This document shows, piece by piece, positions 59,274 to 64,000 of a stretch of DNA of 64,000 nucleotides. A program made the translations under genes and the position numbers. The stretch lies in NCBI GenBank assembly GCA_036351575.1, contig JAZBPJ010000131.1:10186-74185 (forward strand), written 5' to 3'. Source of the stretch: Lysobacterales bacterium. GTDB lineage: Bacteria; Pseudomonadota; Gammaproteobacteria; Xanthomonadales; SZUA-36. How positions within the stretch are numbered: position 1 is the stretch's first letter; every line of letters starts with the position of its first letter. The notes beneath the pieces are model-generated. The model made no database searches and had not been told where the DNA came from. It worked only from the letters and a program-made list of their open reading frames with translations.

Positions 59274-59642
59274 TTACAGCACTTCGGGCGCGAGCGACAC
59301 GATCTTCATGAACTTCTCGCCACGAAGCTCGCGCGTGACGGGGCCAAAAATACGGGTGCCGATCGGCTCGTGCTTGTTATCCAGAAGAACGGCTGCGTTA
59401 CCGTCGAAACGGATCAGCGATCCGTCCGGGCGCCGCACGCCGGAACGGGTGCGCACGACCACGGCGTTGTATACCTCGCCCTTCTTCACCTTGCCCCGCG
59501 GAATCGCCTCTTTGATGGTGACCTTGATCACGTCACCGATCCGGGCGTACCGGCGCTTGGAGCCACCCAGCACCTTGATGCACTGGATCCGGCGCGCGCC
59601 GCTGTTGTCCGCGGCTGAAAGCATGCTTTGCATCTGAATCAT
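59274..59642 (-). CDS. rplN: 50S ribosomal protein L14
   Basis: [28 protein letters not shown].. The internal ATG 59642 is used. Confidence 0.97.
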   Translation of the reverse strand: MIQMQSMLSAADNSGARRIQCIKVLGGSKRRYARIGDVIKVTIKEAIPRGKVKKGEVYNAVVVRTRSGVRRPDGSLIRFDGNAAVLLDNKHEPIGTRIFGPVTRELRGEKFMKIVSLAPEVL

Positions 59643-59682
59643 GTTCGATGTCCTCTGCCAGGAGTCCCTGAAGGCCGACGCC

Positions 59683-59943
59683 TTACTGGGCGCGCTCCAA
59701 AATCTCGATAACCCGCCAGCTCTTCGTCTTGGAGACCGGGCGGCACTCGGAAATGCGGACCAGGTCGCCCTCGCCGCAGCTGTTTTCCTCATCATGCGCA
59801 TGCACTTTCGTGGAGCGCTTGATGTACTTGCCGTACAGCGGATGCTTTACCTGGCGCTCGAGCAGAACGGTCACGGTCTTGTCAGCCTTGCTGCTGACGA
59901 CGCGGCCGGTCTTCGCGCGAACTACGTTTTCGGTCGTACTCAT
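59683..59943 (-). CDS. rpsQ: 30S ribosomal protein S17
   Basis: 86 aa, ..[39 protein letters not shown]. Confidence 0.97.
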   Translation of the reverse strand: MSTTENVVRAKTGRVVSSKADKTVTVLLERQVKHPLYGKYIKRSTKVHAHDEENSCGEGDLVRISECRPVSKTKSWRVIEILERAQ

Positions 59944-60140
59944 GACGTTTCACCTTTCTTCTCGTTCAGGACGGTCCTGACCCGAGCGATATCACGGCGC
60001 ACACGGCGCAGTTCGTGCGGCGCGGCCAGCTGGCCGATGCCGCGTTGCATTCTCAGGTTGAACTGTTCGCGCAGCAGCCCGGTGAGCTCCTCGCGCAGTT
60101 CGACTTCGTTCTTTTTTCTCAGATCTTGCGCATTCATCAC
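59940..60140 (-). CDS. rpmC: 50S ribosomal protein L29
   Basis: 66 aa, [35 protein letters not shown] overlaps occur at both ends. Confidence 0.96.
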   Translation of the reverse strand: MMNAQDLRKKNEVELREELTGLLREQFNLRMQRGIGQLAAPHELRRVRRDIARVRTVLNEKKGETS

Positions 60141-60550
60141 AGCACGGACCTCTTCACGAAGGCGGTCTTGACGGCCAGCTTGGCGGCGGCCAGGCGAAAC
60201 GCCTCGCGCGCCTGGTCCTCGGACACGCCCTGGATTTCATACAGGACGCGGCCCGGCTGGATCGGAGCCACCCAGTATTCAACGTTACCCTTGCCCTTGC
60301 CCATCCGGACCTCGACCGGTTTCTTGGTAACCGGCTTGTCCGGAAAGACACGGATCCACAGCTTGCCGCCACGTTTCACGTAGCGGGTAATGGCGCGACG
60401 GGCCGCCTCGATCTGGCGGGCGGTAATGAAACCGCGGGTCGTCGCCTTGAGGCCGTACTCGCCGAAACTGACGCGGTTACCGACCTGCGCCAGGCCCCGG
60501 TTGCGGCCCTTCTGCTGCTTTCTGAATTTTGTTCGCTTTGGTTGCAGCAT
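60137..60550 (-). CDS. rplP: 50S ribosomal protein L16
   Basis: 137 aa, [21 protein letters not shown].. Confidence 0.97.
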   Translation of the reverse strand: MLQPKRTKFRKQQKGRNRGLAQVGNRVSFGEYGLKATTRGFITARQIEAARRAITRYVKRGGKLWIRVFPDKPVTKKPVEVRMGKGKGNVEYWVAPIQPGRVLYEIQGVSEDQAREAFRLAAAKLAVKTAFVKRSVL

Positions 60551-60561
60551 CGTTATGTCTC

Positions 60562-61239
60562 CTAGCTCGCAGCCTTCTGGTTGCGCTTGTTCTCACCTTC
60601 CGAACCGTACAGGTTGAAGACTTCGCCCTTGTAAACCCAGACCTTGACGCCGAGCACACCGTAGGTGGTCCGCGCTTCGTAGGTGCCGTAGTCAACGTCG
60701 GCGCGCAGCGTGTGCAGGGGCACCTGGCCCTCGCGGTACCACTCGCTGCGGGCGATATCGGCGCCGTTCAGGCGACCGGACACGGAAACCTTGATGCCCA
60801 GTGCGCCCAGGCGCATCGCGTTGCCGACGGCGCGCTTCATCGCGCGGCGGAACATGATGCGGCGCTCGAGCTGCTGGGCGATGCCCTCTGCCACCAGCTT
60901 CGCGTCCAACTCCGGCTTGCGGACTTCAGCAACCGTGATGTGGGTCGGAACGCCCATCAGCGCGCTGACGTCCCGGCGCAGACGCTCGATGTCCTCGCCT
61001 TTCTTGCCGATCACGATACCCGGGCGAGCCGTGTGAATCGTGATGCGAGCCGACTTGGCGGGACGCTCGATCTGAATCCGGCTGACAGCAGCCTGGGAAA
61101 GGCGGTCGAACAGGTATTCGCGCACCTTCAGATCGGATTTGAGGTTATCGGCGTAGTCGCCCTTTTCGGCATACCAGGTGGAATTCCAGTCCTTGGATAT
61201 GCCGAGACGGATGCCTGTCGGATGTACTTTCTGACCCAT
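60562..61239 (-). CDS. rpsC: 30S ribosomal protein S3
   Basis: 225 aa, [24 protein letters not shown]. Confidence 0.97.
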   Translation of the reverse strand: MGQKVHPTGIRLGISKDWNSTWYAEKGDYADNLKSDLKVREYLFDRLSQAAVSRIQIERPAKSARITIHTARPGIVIGKKGEDIERLRRDVSALMGVPTHITVAEVRKPELDAKLVAEGIAQQLERRIMFRRAMKRAVGNAMRLGALGIKVSVSGRLNGADIARSEWYREGQVPLHTLRADVDYGTYEARTTYGVLGVKVWVYKGEVFNLYGSEGENKRNQKAAS

Positions 61240-61586
61240 TATGCTTGTCCCGTGCTGTCGTCGGCCACGGTCACGGTAATGTGACTGTTGCGTTTTAAAA
61301 TCCGGGTGCCGCGACCTTTCGCACGGGCACGCCCGCGCTTGAAGGTAGGACCTTCGTCCACCATGATCGTGGCGACTTTCAGTTCGTCGATATCGGCGCC
61401 TTCGTTATGCTCCGCGTTGGCCACCGCCGAAAGCAGGACTTTCTTGACGATGTGCGCGGCCTTCTTGTTGCTGAACGTCAGCAACTGTTCGGCCTGCTCA
61501 ACGGGCATACCCCGGACCTGGTCGGCGACCAGGCGTACTTTTTGCGCCGAAATTCGCGCGTTTTTCAATCGTGCTGTCACTTGCAT
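61239..61586 (-). CDS. rplV: 50S ribosomal protein L22
   Basis: 115 aa, ..[17 protein letters not shown].. Confidence 0.97.
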   Translation of the reverse strand: MQVTARLKNARISAQKVRLVADQVRGMPVEQAEQLLTFSNKKAAHIVKKVLLSAVANAEHNEGADIDELKVATIMVDEGPTFKRGRARAKGRGTRILKRNSHITVTVADDSTGQA

Positions 61587-61594
61587 GGCGACAC

Positions 61595-61867
61595 CTACTT
61601 CGTCTTGCGGTCACCCGAATGACCCCTGAAGGTCCGGGTGGCTGCGAATTCACCGAGCTTGTGGCCGATCATCTGATCGCTGATCAGGATCGGAACGTGC
61701 TGGCGTCCGTTGTGCACCGCGATCGTCAGCCCCACCATTTCCGGCAGGATCATCGAACGCCGCGACCAGGTCTTGATCGGTCGCTTGTTGTTGGTGGCGA
61801 TGGCGTCTTCCACCCGCTTCATCAGGTGGTGGTCAACGAACGGCCCTTTCTTAATCGAACGTGGCAT
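61595..61867 (-). CDS. rpsS: 30S ribosomal protein S19
   Basis: 90 aa, [18 protein letters not shown]. Confidence 0.97.
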   Translation of the reverse strand: MPRSIKKGPFVDHHLMKRVEDAIATNNKRPIKTWSRRSMILPEMVGLTIAVHNGRQHVPILISDQMIGHKLGEFAATRTFRGHSGDRKTK

Positions 61868-61878
61868 AGCGGTACCTG

Positions 61879-62706
61879 TTATCTGCCTGAACGCTTGCGG
61901 ACGATGAACTTGTCCGTCTGCTTGTTCTTACGAGTCTTGTAACCCTTGGTCGGGGTACCCCAGGGCGTAACCGGGTGACGGCCGCCCGATGTGCGGCCCT
62001 CACCGCCGCCGTGCGGGTGGTCGACCGGGTTCATGGCCACGCCGCGAACGGTCGGGCGCACGCCCTTCCAACGCTTGGCGCCGGCCTTGCCCAGCTTCTC
62101 GAGGTTGTGCTCCGAGTTGGAAACCTCGCCGATGGTCGCTTTGCAGTGTGCGGGCACCTTGCGCATCTCGCCGGAGCGCAGACGCAGCGTTGCGTACTGG
62201 CCCTCGCGTGCGATCAGCTGGACCGCCGCGCCGGCGCTGCGCGCCAGCTGGGCGCCCTTGCCCGGCTTCATTTCAACGCAATGCACCACGGAGCCCATCG
62301 GAATGTTGCGCAGCGGCAGGCAGTTGCCCGGCTTGATTGCTGCTGACCGGCCGCTGATGACCGGGTCCCCGGCGCGCAGGCCCTTGGGAGCGATGATGTA
62401 GCGCCGCTCGCCGTCCTTGTAGAGCACCAGTGCGATGTGCGCCGTGCGGTTCGGATCGTACTCGATGCGCTCGACGCGGCCGGGAATCCCGTCCTTGTCG
62501 CGCTTGAAGTCGATCACGCGGTAGTGCTGCTTGTGCCCACCACCCCGATGACGCGTCGTGATCCGGCCGGTGTTGTTACGGCCGCCGGTCTTTGACTTCT
62601 TTTCGACCAGGGCGGCATGCGGCTCACCCTTGTGCAGGTGAGGATGCTTGACCTGGACGACGCCTCGGCGCCCTGGCGATGTTGGTTTTGCCTTAACGAT
62701 TGCCAT
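61879..62706 (-). CDS. rplB: 50S ribosomal protein L2
   Basis: 275 aa, [42 protein letters not shown]. Confidence 0.97.
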   Translation of the reverse strand: MAIVKAKPTSPGRRGVVQVKHPHLHKGEPHAALVEKKSKTGGRNNTGRITTRHRGGGHKQHYRVIDFKRDKDGIPGRVERIEYDPNRTAHIALVLYKDGERRYIIAPKGLRAGDPVISGRSAAIKPGNCLPLRNIPMGSVVHCVEMKPGKGAQLARSAGAAVQLIAREGQYATLRLRSGEMRKVPAHCKATIGEVSNSEHNLEKLGKAGAKRWKGVRPTVRGVAMNPVDHPHGGGEGRTSGGRHPVTPWGTPTKGYKTRKNKQTDKFIVRKRSGR

Positions 62707-62718
62707 GACTCTTCGTCC

Positions 62719-63021
62719 TTAAACTGTTTCACCACCCAGGAAGTCGATGACCTGACCTTCCTGTACGCGAACATAAGCCTTCTTCCAGTCGCTGCGCTTA
62801 CCGGCGCGCATGCGGAAGGCCTTGCTTTTGCCCTTGACGTTTACGATGCGAACGGATTCGACGTTCACCTCGAACAGCATCTCGACCGCACCCTTGACTT
62901 CCTGCTTGCTGGCGTCATTGACCACGTGAAATACGTACTGGTTGCCGTCTTCGCCGACCCGCGTCGATTTTTCGGTGACGCGGGGCGAGAGCAATATCTG
63001 ACACAAACGATCGTTGTTCAT
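62719..63021 (-). CDS. rplW: 50S ribosomal protein L23
   Basis: [19 protein letters not shown].. ATG 63021 forms an ATGA overlap with the rplD stop. Confidence 0.96.
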   Translation of the reverse strand: MNNDRLCQILLSPRVTEKSTRVGEDGNQYVFHVVNDASKQEVKGAVEMLFEVNVESVRIVNVKGKSKAFRMRAGKRSDWKKAYVRVQEGQVIDFLGGETV

Positions 63022-63620
63022 CCCAGCCACTCCTGAATCTTTTCGACAGCCTCGACCGTCAGCACGACCTTGTCGGCTGAAACGAGGCTGACCGGGTCGA
63101 GACCCGTCACGTCCACCGTGTAAACACCGGGAATATTCCGGGACGCCAGGTAGACGTTTTCGTTGACATCACCGACCACGATAAGACCCTTCTCGAAGCC
63201 CAGGCCGGCCAGCTCTGCAGCCAGCGCCTTCGTCTTCGGCTCCTTGAGCTCGAGGCTCTGAACCACGATCAGACGATCCTGCCGCAGCAGTTCCGAGAGG
63301 ATCGACTGCATGGCGCCGCGGTACATCTTGCGGTTCACCTTCTGCGAGTGGTCGCGCGGCTCGGCCGCAAAGGTCTTGCCGCCGCTGCGCCACAGGGGGC
63401 TGCGGATGGTGCCGGCGCGTGCCCGGCCGGTGCCTTTCTGGCGCCAGGGCTTGGCCCCGCCGCCGCTGACCGCGGAACGGTTCTTCTGAGCCTTGGTTCC
63501 GGCGCGGGCGCCGGCCAGGTAGGCCGTAACCACCTGGTGCACCAGGGCTTCGGAGAAGTCCCGGCCAAAGGTGGCTTCGGACACCTTCATGCCCTTGCCG
63601 CCTGTTACTGTGAGTTCCAT
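63018..63620 (-). CDS. rplD: 50S ribosomal protein L4
   Basis: [40 protein letters not shown] parallels E. coli L4 (MELVLKD..). ATG 63620 has AAGGAG 6 nt upstream, whereas the track start 63626 abuts the SD. Confidence 0.96.
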   Translation of the reverse strand: MELTVTGGKGMKVSEATFGRDFSEALVHQVVTAYLAGARAGTKAQKNRSAVSGGGAKPWRQKGTGRARAGTIRSPLWRSGGKTFAAEPRDHSQKVNRKMYRGAMQSILSELLRQDRLIVVQSLELKEPKTKALAAELAGLGFEKGLIVVGDVNENVYLASRNIPGVYTVDVTGLDPVSLVSADKVVLTVEAVEKIQEWLG

Positions 63621-63639
63621 GCTCATCTCCTTTTAATCC

Positions 63640-64000
63640 TTACTGGGCTGTCTTCACGGCGGGACGGACCATGACGGCGCCGCCGGCAGCCCCGGGCACT
63701 GCGCCCTTGACCAGGATGATGTTGCGTTCGCTGTCGACGCGGACGATCTCGAGGTTCTGGCTCGTCACGCGCTCGTCACCCATGTGGCCGGCCATCTTCT
63801 TGCCTTTGAAAACACGACCGGGCGTCTGGCACTGGCCGATGGAGCCCGGGGCGCGGTGCGCCAGCGAGTTGCCGTGCGTCGCATCCTGCATGCGGAAGTT
63901 ATGGCGCTTCACGCCGCCCGCGAAACCCTTGCCCTTGCTGGTGCCGGTAACGTCGACGATTTCACCGGCCTCGAACATCGTCACGTCCAGCTCCGAACCC
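63640..64000 (-). CDS. rplC: 50S ribosomal protein L3, C-terminal part; the 5' end lies beyond the window
   Basis: ..[60 protein letters not shown].. The frame is open to position 64000. Confidence 0.95.
   Translation of the reverse strand, partial: GSELDVTMFEAGEIVDVTGTSKGKGFAGGVKRHNFRMQDATHGNSLAHRAPGSIGQCQTPGRVFKGKKMAGHMGDERVTSQNLEIVRVDSERNIILVKGAVPGAAGGAVMVRPAVKTAQ

Noticed and set aside
1-64000. Search by eye for tRNA/rRNA genes, CRISPR arrays, IS/transposase or integrase genes, toxin-antitoxin pairs and defence systems.
   Set aside because: None was recognised. Every gap longer than 100 nt is accounted for as a promoter, leader or terminator region, and every coding region matches a housekeeping family. 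A tRNAscan, Infernal or defence-finder run would be needed to exclude small elements formally.

Overview
GC-rich, densely packed chromosomal core region with gammaproteobacterial-type synteny. I recognise 66 protein genes and see no rRNA, tRNA, CRISPR array, IS or prophage genes by eye. Order, left to right: the 5' half of class II ribonucleotide reductase nrdJ with promoter and tandem NrdR boxes; gpsA-secB-rhodanese divergent from gpmI-envC-ctpA; an exeA-gspB-rhomboid-DUF1820 operon; divergent putA / gcvP; a LysA-like decarboxylase; rpoH-ftsX-ftsE-rhlB divergent from trxA-rho; a co-directional propionyl-CoA to succinyl-CoA block (mdh-mcm-pccB-pccA-meaB-mce plus a FabD paralogue); ggt-pdxB-typA; pyrC-MBL-DAHP synthase(II)-dsbB; hutUHI; feoAB preceded by a Fur box; then the alpha, spc and distal S10 ribosomal-protein operons (rplQ to rplC). 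I do not find a convincing novel multi-gene system: there is no defence, mobile or accessory island. The long unexplained ORFs in the track are antisense shadow frames, as expected in GC-rich DNA. The most unusual items are: (1) a 165-nt structured insert carrying three copies of a 12-mer inside the spc operon between rpmD and rplO; (2) a rhomboid protease and a DUF1820-like gene apparently co-operonic with exeAB; (3) a FabD paralogue appended to the methylmalonyl-CoA cluster; (4) two real genes absent from the ORF track (the nrdJ 5' half and rpmJ); (5) several start codons that need correcting (putA, pyrC, dsbB, rplD, secB and others). All functional calls rest on my own reading of the translations and on remembered family motifs. 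No database search was run.
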